NCBI GenBank assembly: GCA_964016885.1
Contig: OZ024740.1
Span: 203,918,001-203,982,000, forward strand
Direction: 5' to 3'
Source of the DNA: Eledone cirrhosa
Taxonomy: Eukaryota
DNA: 64,000 bases
The notes below the pieces were generated by a model, which saw only the letters and a program-made list of their open reading frames with translations, was not told where the DNA came from and did not search any database. The position numbers and the translations under genes are program-made. This document shows positions 1 through 13,345 of this stretch, piece after piece (position 1 is the first letter of the stretch; each line of letters starts with the position of its first letter).

Positions 1-3000
1 TTAGCATTCGGTGGAGGTGGGTGGAGGTGTTAGCCATCAGCAGACGTGGGTGAAGGTGTTAGCAATCGGTGGAGGTGGGTGGAGGTGTTAACAATCGGTG
101 GAAGTGGATGGAAGTGTTAGCAATCAGCAAAGGTGGGTGGAGGTGTTTGCAATTGGTGGAGGTGGGTGGAGGTGTTAGCAATCAGCAGAGGTGGATGGAG
201 ATGTGAGAAATCGGTAGAGGTGGGTAGAGGTGATAACAATCGACAGAGGTGGAATGAGGTGTTAGCAATCGGTGGAGGTGGGTGTAGGTGTTAGCAATGA
301 ACAGAGGTGGATTGAGGTGTTAGTAATCATCAGCAGAGGTGGATGGATATGTTAGCAAACGGTCGAGCTGGGTGGAGGTGTTAGCAATCACAGAGGTGGA
401 TTTAGGTGTTAGCAATAAGCCGAATTGATTGGAGGTGTTAACAATCGGTAGAGGTGGGTGGAGGAGATAGAAATCGGCAGAGGTGGATGGAGGTATTAGC
501 AATTGGTGGAGGTGGGTAGAGGTGTTAGCAACCAGCAGAGGTAGGTAGAGGTGTTCGTAATCAGCAGAGGTGGATGGAGATGTTAGCATTCGGTGGAGGT
601 GGGGTTAGGTGTTGGCAATCGGTGGAGGTGGTTGGAGGTGTTAGCAGTCGGTGGATATGGGTGGAGGTCCTAGCAATAGGTGAAGGTGGTTTGAGGTGTT
701 AGCAATCAGCAGAGGTGGATAGAGGTGTTAGCAATCTGCAGACGTGGGTGAAGGTGTTATCAATAGGTAGAGGTGGGTGGAGGTGCTAGCAATCGGTGGA
801 AGTGTATGGAGGTGTTAGCAAACAGCAGAGGTGGGTGTAGGTGTTAGCAATCGGTGGAGGTGGTTGGAGGTGTTAGCAGTCGTTTGAGGTGGGTGTAGGC
901 GTCAGCAATCAGCAGGGGTGGATTGAGGCGTTAGTAATCAGCAGAGGTGTATGGAGATGTTAACAATCGGTGGGGGTGGGTGGAATTTTAGCAATCGGTG
1001 GAGCTGGGTGGAAGTGTTAGCAATCGATAGAGGTGGATAGAGTGTCAGCAATCGGCGGAGATGGGTGGAGGTGTTAGCAATCGGCGGATGTGGATGGAGG
1101 CGTTAACAATCAGCAGAGGTATGGATGTGTTATCAATCGGTGGTGGTGGATGGAGGTTTTAGCAATCGGTACAGGTGGGTGGAGGTGACAACAATCGACA
1201 GAGGTGGAATGAGGTGTTAGCAATCGGTAAATGTGGGTATAAGTGGAGGTTTGTGAAGGTGTTAACAATCAGTAGAGGTGCGTGTTTACGTTAACAATCG
1301 GTGGAAGCGTGTGTAGGTGGTGGGTGGAGGTGTTAGCAATCAGTAGAGGATGATGGAGGTGTTAGCAATCAGCAGAGGTGGATAAAGGCGTTAGCAATTA
1401 GCAGAGGTGGATGGAGGTGTTAGCAATCGGTGGAGGTGGATGAAGTCGTTAGCAATCAGCATAGGGGGATAAAGGTGTTAGCAATCGGTGGAGGTAGATG
1501 GATGTGTTAGCAATCGATGGAGTTGGGTGGTGGTGTTAACAATCGATGGAGGTTGGTGGATGTGTAGTAATCAGCAGAGGTTGGTGGAGGTATTAACAAT
1601 CGATAGAGGTGGATGGAGGGGATAGCAATCGGCAGAGATGGATGGAGGTGTTAGCAATCAGAAGAGATGGATGGAGGTGTTAGCAATCGTTAGAGGTGGG
1701 TGGATGTGCTAGCAATCGGGGGAAGTGGATGGAGGTGTTAGCAATCAGCAGAGGTGGATGGAGGTGTTAGCAATCGGTGGAGGAGTTAGCAATCAGCAGA
1801 GGTGGGTGCAGGTATTAGCAATCAGCAGAGGTGGGTGGAGGTGTTAACAATCTGCAGAGGTGGATGGATATGTTAGCAATCGGTGGAGCTTGGTGGAGGC
1901 GTTAGCAATCGATATAGCTGGATGGAAGTGATATCAACCAGCAGTTGAGGTGTTAGCATTTGGTGAAGGTGGGTGGAGGTGTTAGCAATCAGCAGACGTG
2001 GGTGAAGGTGTTAGCAATCGGTGGAGGTGGGTGGAGGTGTTAACAATGGGTGGAAGTGGATGGAAGTGTTAGCAATCAGCAAAGGTAGGTGGAGGTGTTT
2101 GCAATTGGTGGAGATGGGTGGAGGTGTTAGCAATCAGCAGAGGTGGTAGGAGGTGTGAGAAATCGATGGATGTGGATGGAGGCGTTAACAATCAGAAGAG
2201 GTATGGATGTGTTAGCAATCGGTGGTGGGGGATAGAGGTGTTAGCAATCACAGAGGTACATAGAGGTGTTAGCAATAAGCCGAATTGATTGGAGGTGTTA
2301 ACAATCGGTAGAGGTGGGTGGAGGAGATAGAAATCGGCCGAGGTGGATCGGGGTATTAGCAATTGGTGGAGGTGTGTAGAGGTGTTAGCAATCAGCAGAG
2401 GTAGGTTGAGGTGTTCGTAATCAGCAGAGGTGGATGGAGATGTTAGCAATCGGTGGAGGTGGGGTTAGGTGTTGGCAATCGGTGGAGGTGGTTGGAGGTG
2501 TTAGCAGTCGGTGGATCTGGGTGGAGGTCCTAGCAATAGGTGAAGGTGGTTTGAGGTGTTAGCAATCAGCAGACGTGGGTGAAGGTGTTAGCAATAAGTA
2601 GAGGTGAGTGGAGGTGCTAGCAATCGGTGGAAGTGGATGGAGGTGTTAGCAAACAGCAGAGGTGGGTGTAGGTGTTAGCAATCGGTGGAGGTGAATGGAG
2701 GTGTTAGCAATCGTTGGAGGTGGGTGTAGGCGTTAGCAATCAGCAGGGGTGGATTGAGGCGTTAGTAATCAGCTGAGGTGTATGGAGATGTTAACAATCG
2801 GTGGGGGTGGGTGGAATGTTAGCAATCGATAGAGGTGTGTGAGGTGTTAGCAATCAGCAGTGGTGGATGGAGGTGTCAGCAATCGGTGGAGATGGGTGGA
2901 GGTGTTAGCAGAGGTGTTAGCAATAAACAGAGGTGGGTGGAAGTGTTAGCAATCGGTGAAGGTGGGTGAAGGTGTTAGCATTCGGCTGAGGTGGCTGCGG

Positions 3001-6000
3001 GTGTTAGCAATCAGCAGAGGTGGGTGGAGGTGTTAACAATCAGCAGAGGTGGATGGAGATATTTGCAATCGGTGGATGTGGGTGGAGGTGTTACTAATCT
3101 GTGGCGCTGGGTGGAGGTGTTAGCAATCGATAGAGTTGGGTGAAGGTGATAGCAACCAGCAGAGATGGATGGAGGTGTTAGCAATCAGCAGAGGTGGATA
3201 GAGGTGTTAGCAATCAGCAGAGGTGGGTGTAGGTGTTAGCAATCTGTGGAGGTGGGTGGAGGTATTAGCAATCAGCAGAGGTGGGTGGAGGTGTTAGCAA
3301 TCAGCAGAGGTGGGTGTAGGTGTTAGCAATCAGCAGCGGTGGATTGAAGTGTTAGTAATCAGCAGAGGTGGGTGGAGGTGTTAACAATCTGCAGAGGTGG
3401 ATGGAGATGTTAGCAATCGGTGGAGCTTGGTGGAGGCGTTAGCAATCTATATAGGTGGATGGAGGTGATATCAGCCAGCAGAGATGGATGGAGGTGTTAG
3501 CAATCAGCAGAAGGGGATAGAGGTGTTATCAATCAGCAGAGGTGGATGGAGGTGTGAGCAATCGGTGGATGAGGATGGAGGCGTTAACAATCAGCACAGG
3601 TATGGATGTGTTAGCAATCGGTGGTAGTGGTAGGAGGTGTTAGCAATCGGTGGATCTGGGTGTAGGTGTTAAGAATCGGTGGAGGTGGGTGGAGGCTTTA
3701 GCAATCGGTAGAGGTGGGTAGAGGTGATAACAATCGACAGAGGTGGAATGAGGTGTTAGCAATCGGTGGAGGTGGGTGTAGGTGTTAACAATGAGCAGAG
3801 GTGGATTGAGGTGTTAGTAATCATCAGCAGAGGTGGATGGATATGTTAGCAAACGGTGGAGCTGGGTGGAGGTGTTAGCAATCACAGAGGTGGATAGAGG
3901 TGTTATCAATAAGCTGAGTTGTTTGGAGGTGTTAACAATCGGTAGAGGTGGGTGGAGGAGATATCAATCGACAGAGGTGGATGGAGGTATTAGCAATCGG
4001 TGGAGGTGGGTAGAGGTGTTAGCAATCAGCAGAGGTGGATGGAGATGTTAGCAATCGGTGGAGGTGGGGTTAGGTGTTGGCAATCGGTGGAGGTGGTTGG
4101 AGGTGTTAGCAGTCGGTGGATCTGGGTGGAGGTCCTAGCAATAGGTGAAGGTGGTTTGAGGTGTTAGCAATCAGCAGAGGTGGATAGAGGTGTTAGCAAT
4201 CTGCAGACGTGGGTGAAGGTGTTAGCAATCGGTAGAGGTGGATGGAGGTGCTAGCAATCGGTGGAAGTGGATGGAGGTGTTAGCAATCAGCAGAGGTGGG
4301 TGTAGGTGTTAACAATCGGTGGAGGTGGGTGGAGGTATTAGCAATCAGTAGAGGTGGTTGGAGGTGTTAGCAATCGTTGTAGATGGGTGTAGGCGTTAAC
4401 AATCAGCAGGCGTGGATGGAGATGTTAACAATTGGTGGGTGTGGGTGGAATGTTAGCAATCGGTGGAGCTGGGTGCAGGTGTTAGCAATAGATAGAGGTG
4501 TGTGGAGTTGTTAGCAATCAGCAGTGGTGGAGGGAGGTGTTAGCAATTGGTGGAGATGGGTTGAGGTGTTAGCAGATGTGTTAGCAATAAGCAGAGGTGG
4601 GTGGAAGTGTTAGCAATCGGTGAAGGTGGAAGGTGTTAGCAATCAGCAGAGGTGGGTGGAGGTTTTAAGAATCAGCAGAGGTAGATGGAGATGTTAGCAA
4701 TCGGTGGAGGTGGGTGGAGGTGTTACAAATCTGTGGCGCTGCGTGGAGGTGTTAGCAATCGATAGAGGAGGGTGGAGGTGATAGCAACCAGCAGAGATGA
4801 ATGGATTTGTTAGCAATCAGCATAGCTGGAAAGAGGTGTTAGCAATCAGCAGAGGTGGATGGAGGTGTTAGCAATCGGTGGATCTGGGTGTAGATGTTAA
4901 CAATTTCTGGAGGTGGGTGGAGGTGTTAGCAATCAGCAGAGGTGGGTGGATGTTTTAACAATCGGTAGAGGTGGGTGGAGGTGATAACAATCGGCAGAGG
5001 TGGATGGAGGTGTTAGCAATCGGTGGAGGTGAGTGTAGGTGTTAGCAATGAGCAGAGGTGGATTGACGTGTTAGTAATCATCAGTAGAGGTGGATTAATA
5101 TGTTAGCAATCGATGGAGGTGGGTGGAGGTGTTAGCAATCGGTGGAAGTGGGAGGAGGTGTTAGCAATCTGAGGAGGTGGTTGATGTGTTAGCAATCGGT
5201 GAAGGTGTGTGCAGGTGTTAGTAATCACAGAGGTGGACAGAGGTGTTAGCAATCAGCAGAGGTGGGTGGAGGTGTTAGCAATCAGTGGAGATGGGTGGAG
5301 GTGTTAGAAATCGGTGGAGTTGGGTGGAGGTGTTAGTAATCGGTGGATGTGGATGGAGGTGTTAGCAATCAGCAGAGGTGGGTGGATGTGTTAGCAATCG
5401 GTGGTGGTGGATGGAGGTGTTAGCCATCGGTAGAGGTGGGCAGAGGTGATAACAATCGACAGAGGTGGAATGAGGTGTTAGCAATCGGTGGAGGTGGGTG
5501 GACGTGTTAGCAATGAGCAGAGGTGGATTGAGGTGTTAGTAATCATCAGCAGAGGTGGATGGATATGTTAGCAAACGGTGGAGCTGGGTGGAGGTGTTAG
5601 CAATCACAGAGGTGGCTGGAGGAGATAGCAATCGGCAGAGGTGGGTGGAGGTATTAGCAATCGGTGGAGGTGGGTAGAGGTGTTCGTAATCAGCAGAGGT
5701 GTATGGAGATGTTAACAATCGGTGGAGGTGGGGTTAGGTGTTGGCAATCGGTGGAGGTGGTTGGAGGTGTTAGCAATAGTTTGAGGTGGGTGAAGGTGTT
5801 AGCAATCGGTAGAGGTGGGTGGAGGCGCTAGCAATCGATAGATGTGGGTGGAGGTGATAACAATCGACAGAGGTGGATGGAGGCGTTAGCAATCGGTGGA
5901 GGTGGGTGTAGGTGTTAGCAATCGTTTGAGGTGGGTGTAGATGTTAGCAATGAGCTCGGTGGATTGAGGTGTTAGTAATCATCAGCAGAGGTGGATGAAT

Positions 6001-8955
6001 ATGTTAGCAATCGATGGAGGTGGGTGGGGGTGTTAGCAATCTGGTCGATGTGTTAGCAATCGGTGAAGGTGTGTGCAGGTGTTAGCAATCACAGAGGTGG
6101 ACAGATGTGTTAGCAATGAGCAGAGGTGGGTGGAGTTGTTAGCAATCGCTGCAGTTGGGTGGAGGTGTTAGCAATCGGTGGAGTTGGGTGGAGGTGTTAG
6201 CAATTGGTGGATGTGGATGGAGGTGTTAGCAATCAGCAGAGGTGGGTGGAGGTGTTAGCAATTGGTGGATGGAGGTGTTAGCAATTAGCAGAGGTGGGTG
6301 GAGGTGTTAGCAATCGGTGGAGTAGGGTGGAGGTGTTAGCAATTGGTGTATGTGGATGGAGGTGTTAGCAATCAGCAGAGGTGGGTGGAGGTGTTAGCAA
6401 ATGCTGGAGGTGGGTGGTGTTAGCAATCAGCAGAGGTAGGTGTAGTTGTTACCAATCGGTGGAGGTGGGTGGAGGTATTAGAAATCGGTGGAGGTGGTTC
6501 GAGGTGTTAGCAATCGGTGGAGCTGGGTGGAGGTGTTAGCATTCAACATAGATGGATGGAGGTGTTAGCAACTGGTGGCGGTGGATGGAGGTGTTCGCAA
6601 TCCGTGGAGGTGGATTGAGGTGTCAGCAATCAGCAGAGGTGGATGGAGGTGTTAGCTATCGGTGAAGGCGGGTGGAGCTGTTAACAATTGGTGAAATGGG
6701 TGGAGGTGTTAGCAATCAGCAGAGGTGAGTGGGGGTGTTAGCAATTGGTGGAGTTGGTAGGAGGTGTTAGCAATCAGCAGAGGTGGTTGGAAGTGTTAGC
6801 AAACGGTGGAGATGGGTGGGGGTGTTATCAATTGGTGGAGTTGGTAGGAGGTGTTAACAATTGGTGAAGTGGGTGGAGGTGTTAGCAATCAGCAGAGGTG
6901 AGTGGGGGTGTTAGCAATTGGTGGAGTTGGTAGGAGGTGTTAGCAATCAGCAGAGGTGGTTGGAAGTGTTAGCAAACGGTGGAGATGGGTGGGGGTGTTA
7001 TCAATTGGTGGAGTTGGTAGGAGGTGTTAGCAATCAGCAGAGGTGGTTGGAAGTGTTAGCAAACGGTGGAGGTGGGTGGGGGTGTTATCAATTGGTGGAG
7101 TTGGTAGGAGGTGTTAGCAATCAGCAGAGGTGGTTGGAAGTGTTAGCAAACGGTGGAGGTGGGTGGGGGTGTTATCAATTGGTGGAGTTGGTAGGAGGTG
7201 TTAGCAATCAGCAGAGGTGGTTGGAAGTGTTAGCAAACGGTGGAGATGGGTGGGGGTGTTATCAATTGGTGGAGTTGGTAGGAGGTGTTAGCAATCAGCA
7301 GAGGTGGTTGGAAGTGTTAGCAAACGGTGGAGATGGGTGGGGGTGTTATCAATTGGTGGAGTTGGTAGGAGGTGTTAGCAATCAGCAGAGGTGGTTGGAA
7401 GTGTTAGCAAACGGTGGAGATGGGTGGGGGTGTTATCAATTGGTGGAGTTGGTAGGAGGTGTTAGCAATCAGCAGAGGTGAGTGGAGGTGTTAGCAAACG
7501 GTGGAGATGGGTGGGGGTGTTATCAATTGGTGGAGTTGGTAGGAGGTGTTAGCAATCAGCAGAGGTGAGTGGAGGTGTTAGCAATTGGTGGAGTTGGTAG
7601 GAGGTGTTAGCAATCAGCAGAGGTGGTTGGAAGTGTTAGCAAACGGTGGAGGTGGGTGGGGGTGTTATCAATTGGTGGAGTTGGTAGGAGGTGTTAGCAA
7701 TCAGCAGAGGTGGTTGGAAGTGTTAGCAAACGGTGGAGATGGGTGGGGGTGTTAGCAATTGGTGGAGTTGGTAGGAGGTGTTAGCAATCAGCAGAGGTGG
7801 TTGGAAGTGTTAGCAAACGGTGGAGATGGGTGGGGGTGTTAGCAATTGGTGGAGTTGGTAGGAGGTGTTAGCAATCAGCAGAGGTGAGTGGAGGTGTTAG
7901 CAATTGGTGGAGTTGGTAGGAGGTGTTAGCAATCAGCAGAGGTGGTTGGAAGTGTTAGCAAACGGTGGAGGTGGGTGGGGGTGTTATCAATTGGTGGAGT
8001 TGGTAGGAGGTGTTAGCAATCAGCAGAGGTGAGTGGAGGTGTTAGCAATTGGTGGAGTTGGTAGGAGGTGTTAGCAATCAGCAGAGGTGGTTGGAAGTGT
8101 TAGCAAACGGTGGAGGTGGGTGGGGGTGTTATCAATTGGTGGAGTTGGTAGGAGGTGTTAGCAATCAGCAGAGGTGAGTGGAGGTGTTAGCAATTGGTGG
8201 AGTTGGTAGGAGGTGTTAGCAATCAGCAGAGGTGGTTGGAAGTGTTAGCAATTGGTAAGGTGGTTGGAGGTGCTTGTAATCAGTAGAGGTGGGTGTAGGT
8301 TGTAGAGGTGTTAGTAATGTGCAGAGGCGGGTGTACATGATAGCAATCGGTGGAGGTGGTTGCAGACGTTATCAATCAGTAGAGGGTGTAGATGTGGTGG
8401 AGGTGGATGTAGACGTTAACAATCTGTAGCGGGGTCTAGAGTTTGTGGAGGCGGGTGGAGATTTTAGCAATCGGTAGAGGTAGGTGTACATGTTAACAAT
8501 CGGTAGAGGAGGGTATAAGCGGAGGTTTGTGTAGGTGTTAATAATCGGAAGAGGTAGGTGTAGACTTTAACAATCGCTGGAGACGTGTCTAGGTGGCGGA
8601 GGTGTGTGAAGGAGTTAACAATCGGTAGAGGTGGGTATAGTTGGAGGTTTGAGGCGTTAACAACCAGCAGTGGTGGATGGAGGTGTTAGCAATCGGTGGA
8701 TCTGGGTGTAGGTGTTAACAATTTGTGGAGGTGGGTGGAGGTGTTAGCAATCAGCAGAGGTGGGTGGATGTTTTAACAATCGATAGAGGTGGGTGTTGGT
8801 GTTAACAATCGCCGTGGCTGGATGTAAATCCTAGCAATCGCTAAACTGTAAAATGTGTACATAGTTGCTAGCAATCAGTACATTGACTGCAAGGGGTGTC
8901 TGGAGGTGTTAGCATTCGACATACTGTAAGAGATGGATCACCTGATTGCAATCGG
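1..8955. repeat. G-rich tandem satellite, ~29-bp monomer (GGAGGTGTTAGCAATCGGTGGAGGTGGGT and the ...AATCAGCAGAGG... variant); runs off the left edge
   Basis: GTGTTAGCAATC recurs about every 29 bp; monomers degrade from ~8250 to ~8950; strong G/C strand asymmetry. Confidence 0.97.
6700..8255. repeat. Homogeneous 87-bp (3 x 29) higher-order repeat block within the satellite
   Basis: ORF 6918..7481 translates to near-perfect 29-aa repeats (LVELVGGVSNQQRWLEVLANGGDGWGCYQ), i.e. an 87-nt period. Confidence 0.92.
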
Positions 8956-9112
8956 CAAACTCCACCAAAATTAGTTGTAGCTATTTACTTGAATTTCCTT
9001 TCGGTTTCGTAAATCAAATGGCTTATGAAAGTTGGAAATGTATGTTGAGAAATGTAGATCTTATTGAACCCCCAAAATAACATTGTAAAATATTAATTAA
9101 TTTAATTTAATT

Positions 9113-9660
9113 AATTATTTCTACTTTTGGCACAAGGCCAGCAATTACCCAGTACATTACTTTATTTTATCAACGCCGTAAGGATGAAAGGCATAGTTAA
9201 CCTTGGCGGGATTTGAACTCAGAATGGAAAGGACTCTATGCGTCAAAGAATGGCGTCCGATACTGCCAATCCACCGCCATTGAATTCAACCACCATTAAT
9301 TAATTTAATTAATGGTGGTTGAATTCAATTACCAATTCCCCGGGCGTTTAAATATTTCTCTACTTACCTTTAAAGGAATTTATTTTCTGAAAACAAAACT
9401 TTTTTTCACTTTAACATAGCGGATACGTAAATGTATTCGTGAGTTTTGTATCGGATAATAATTATATAATAATATAGTGGATTGGTAGAATCGGTAGAGA
9501 GTATGACGCCATGCTTTGCAGCATAGAGTTACGGCCCTTTACAGTCTGAGGTCAAATCCCGCCGAGGTTAACTTTGCCTTTCATCCTTACGAGATCGATA
9601 AAATAAAATACCAGTAATGCACTGGGGTAATTGCTAGCCTTGTGCTCAAAGTAGAAACAT
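9113..9660. mobile_element. Two tRNA-derived Meta-type SINE copies in divergent orientation (9113-9278 minus, ~9476-9660 plus)
   Basis: Pol III A/B-box-like head (TGGCAGTATCGG...GAGTTCAAATCC) and central TTTGCCTTTCATCCTTACG.GGTCGATAAAATAAAGTACCAG resembling the MetaSINE domain. Confidence 0.8.
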
Positions 9661-10084
9661 TATTAATATTCGATTCATTTGTCTAAAACACAGTGTTATG
9701 AGGCTGTTTGTTTCCGAATATTAATATTATTATTATTATATTATTATTCGAGATAAACTCACGAATGAATTTATTTCATATTGATTGGAAATAGAATGGA
9801 TCTCCGTTGGTTTCGATGATGAGTGTTCCAGTTGTTCGATCAACATGAATAACCTGTTTGAGAAATTAACGAGTAAATTGCCGAGTATTCCAGAGACATG
9901 TGCTTTGAAAGTAATGTTTGTGTGATTTGATATGCCCTTTAAATTACAGTTCATCCGATTGGTTTCCAATCAGTTTATATCCATCCAGTTTCACTCATAA
10001 GACTTGGGTTGACCGATGACTACCATGAATGACACTTGCTCAAGATACCACGCAATGAAATTAAGTACCAACGGCAGTGATGAT

Positions 10085-10277
10085 GGCACTCCGTCGGTTA
10101 CGACAACGAGTATTCCTGTTGATACGACCAACGGAAGAGCCTGCTCGTGAAATTAACGTACAAGTGGCTGAGCATTCCACAAACACGCGTACCCTTAACA
10201 TAATTCTCAGGGAAATTCAGCATGACATAGAATGTGACAAAGCTGGCCCTTCGAATTACAGGTACAACTCATGTTAG
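10085..10277 (-). mobile_element. CORE-type SINE, 3' part
   Basis: Reverse complement matches the 3' half of the copies at 10469 and 23936. Confidence 0.7.
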
Positions 10278-10410
10278 CTAACCACGAAATGTTAACTAAA
10301 CATGAAAGGTTAGCTAACCATGAAATTTTAGCTAACCACGAAATGTTAGCTAACCACCAGATGCTTGCTTATCACTAAAAGCTGACTAACCACCAGATTT
10401 TAGCTTACGG
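10272..10410. repeat. Short ~18-bp tandem repeat (TGTTAGCTAACCACGAAA)
   Basis: About 7 degenerate copies visible. Confidence 0.75.
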
Positions 10411-10468
10411 TCAAAACTCTATGCCCTCTATTTCACTCAATATTACTTGCTTCCATTGTATCTGATGA

Positions 10469-10780
10469 AGGTGCACGGCTTGGTGGTTAGGGTGTTTGGC
10501 TCACGAGAGTAGGGTCGTGAGTTTCATTCTCAACGGCATTTTGTGTCATTGAACAAAACACTTTACTTCACGTTAACATAGTCCACTCGGCTGACAAAAA
10601 TAAGTTGTATCTGTATTCCAAAGTGCCAGCCTTGTCACACTAAGTCATGCAGAATTTCACTGAGAATTACGTTAAAGGAAAACGTGCCGGTGGAATGCTT
10701 AGGCACTTGCACATTAATTTAATAAACAGGCTGCTATGTAGATCAGACAACTGGAGCACTCGTCATCAGAACCGACAGCT
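10469..10780 (+). mobile_element. tRNA-derived CORE-type SINE
   Basis: tRNA-like head (GGCTTGGTGGTTAGGG...GTGAGTTTCATTC) followed by CORE-like GTGTCATTGAACAAAACACTTTACTTCAC. Confidence 0.75.
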
Positions 10781-11273
10781 GTCCTACACATATGGGATCT
10801 GACATTTAAATGTGGTTTTAAGGCATTAAGCTTTATACTCAAACGTTGAAAGCGACTGAACTCTCTTTAGACAATCAAATGGTTCCCAAAGACTTCTCTA
10901 ACGAAACATTAGCTTTCCATTTAACATTAACTGTATTTACATCGAAATCTTTGTGGATTTTATCTACTGATATTATTAAAGTGCATTTTATGTACATTTA
11001 TTAAATGTTCTGGAAACGAATCCCGCTAGATATGAAGTTCCTCATAATTCACTGGTCCAGTAATAGTTCTAATATCTCTCGGATATACAGAAGGTGTAAC
11101 ATGAAACATAAACTTTCGTCTTTTATTTGTTTTTATTGTTGTTGTTTGTTAAATGTATTAAATATTTATAGCATAGAGGCATTTAATTAATTACATATCC
11201 CAAACACACACACAAACAGAAACAGACAGACACACAAACACACACACGTATGTATATATATATATATATATTT

Positions 11274-11409
11274 ATTTAGGTTTGTTGGTTTACCACTGGA
11301 TAGAATTGGTCATTCCGTATGGTCAATCTTGATGTAATATTATGGAGAGTACGCAACGTAATGCAGTTCACCCGTCTTCGTTTGTGTAGTTGGTGGTGCG
11401 AGTACGGAG

Positions 11410-11412
<3 letters not shown>
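11274..11412. repeat. Short interspersed element between (TA)n tracts; diverged copy at ~61930-62072
   Basis: Shared blocks TAGAA.TGGTCATTCCGT...TGATGTAATA...AGTAC...TGGTGC...ACGGAGT in both copies. Confidence 0.65.
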
Positions 11413-11477
<65 letters not shown>

Positions 11478-11513
11478 TACAGAATAATAAAAACTATGTT
11501 TAAAGCATTTTAT

Positions 11514-11560
11514 TGCTGGCAATCGTTTCTTCCAAACATTTGTTTGGAATCATCGGAGCA
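11514..11560 (-). ncRNA. Degenerate minimal type I hammerhead ribozyme motif
   Basis: Minus strand TGCT-CCGATGA-TTCCAAAC(AAAT)GTTTGGAA-GAAA-CGATTG-C-C-AGCA: stems I and II intact, two core substitutions (U4C, U16.1C). Confidence 0.6.
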
Positions 11561-11874
11561 TTGGCAAAGTTTAAACATATAATTAACCTCCTATTCCACA
11601 GAACAATCGTAAAGATATGTAGATATTACTGTTGTTATCAGTAGTGTCATATTTAGAGTGTGAAGAGGATGTAGTCAGTGTTAGTAGGTGTGACAAAGAT
11701 TATAAAAGAATTATAAAACAATTATAGAAAAATTATGAAAGAAAGTTACTCGCAAAAATGAGGACATTAGTGGTACATAGGTATACATATAGAAAGTGTG
11801 TGTTTGTATGTATGTATATACACACACACACACATACATATGTATGTGAGTATATGTGTATATATATGTGTGTA

Positions 11875-11982
<108 letters not shown>

Positions 11983-12038
11983 AAATATTAAACAAATAAT
12001 GAACAAACAATTCCTTATATTAAACAAAAAAAGTTCAC

Positions 12039-12183
12039 TATTTAACGATCGTTTCTAGGGTATATATGTGTTATAATTGGTATGCATATTCAACAGATCT
12101 ATGTACAAAATTATACAAAATTATACAAATTATCAAGATTAAATATACATACCTAACACATATATACGCCGTCTTCAGAAATA
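12039..12183 (-). ncRNA. Type I hammerhead motif with greatly extended stem-loop II
   Basis: Minus strand TATTT-CTGAAGA-CGGC-GTATATATGTGTTA...(~80 nt)...TAACACATATATAC-CCTA-GAAA-CGATCG-T-T-AAATA; palindromic stem III. Confidence 0.65.
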
Positions 12184-12222
12184 ATAGGACACTACCGTAA
12201 ACTCTTGGTAGATTTATCTACA

Positions 12223-12615
<393 letters not shown>

Positions 12616-12950
12616 TTCACTGTATATATATATCAAAAATATGGATGAGAGGAAGGGCTGTGTGGTTACTGATAACGGGTGTTAGAAGGTAAGGAGACAC
12701 AAACAAGAGGTGGACAGTCTCCCTTCGTCAGTAGTTAACTACGAGTCACAGATGTTTCGGCGCATTATTAACTATACATCTATCCGTAGCGCGCCCATAG
12801 CATTTTATCTATCAAAAGGCCACGAGGGAGAGAAAGAAAAGAAGAAAGAGAGAAGGAAAAAAGGAAAAAAGGAAAAAAGGAAAAAAGGAAAAAAGAAGAA
12901 AAAACTACCGATAGACGGGGGAACCCGGAACAATGGTACATGTAAGCAAG

Positions 12951-13025
<75 letters not shown>

Positions 13026-13128
13026 ATATAGTGGTAGAACACTGGAAGGTAATATCCATAGTGGTAGAGCACTCAGTCCATGGGACGAGTTAGGTAGAAG
13101 TGGTTACACAACAGTTAGTTCACCATAC

Positions 13129-13166
13129 CGAGAACAATTGTTTCACCTTAGCGGATCCTCAGCTCG
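13129..13166 (-). ncRNA. Minimal type I hammerhead ribozyme in the 3' region of a Penelope-like element
   Basis: Minus strand CGAG-CTGAGGA-TCC(GCTAA)GGT-GAAA-CAATTG-T-T-CTCG, ~180 nt downstream of the GIY-YIG ORF stop on the same strand. Confidence 0.75.
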
Positions 13167-13345
13167 TAATGGGCATGGTTATACGGAATAGGAAGGACAA
13201 CCGTACGAACGCGCATGCGCAGAAACCGGTCACTTCACACAGGCAATACTAAAATGCATGCGAGAGGTGTAAAGGAGATAACTGCGAAAGTCCGAAAAGT
13301 TTTTAGTTGATAAGAAAAAATATTGATGTTGTTACAATAATTCAT

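Noticed and set aside
320-7481. Satellite ORFs (PSTSA/IANTST on minus; 29-aa repeat on plus) as a repetitive structural protein
   Set aside because: The 29-bp monomer shifts frame each unit, stops and indels are frequent, and no splice or start context is evident
1-8955. CRISPR-like regularity of the 29-bp repeat (and of the 46-bp repeat at 58200-59435)
   Set aside because: No unique spacers, no cas genes, eukaryotic context
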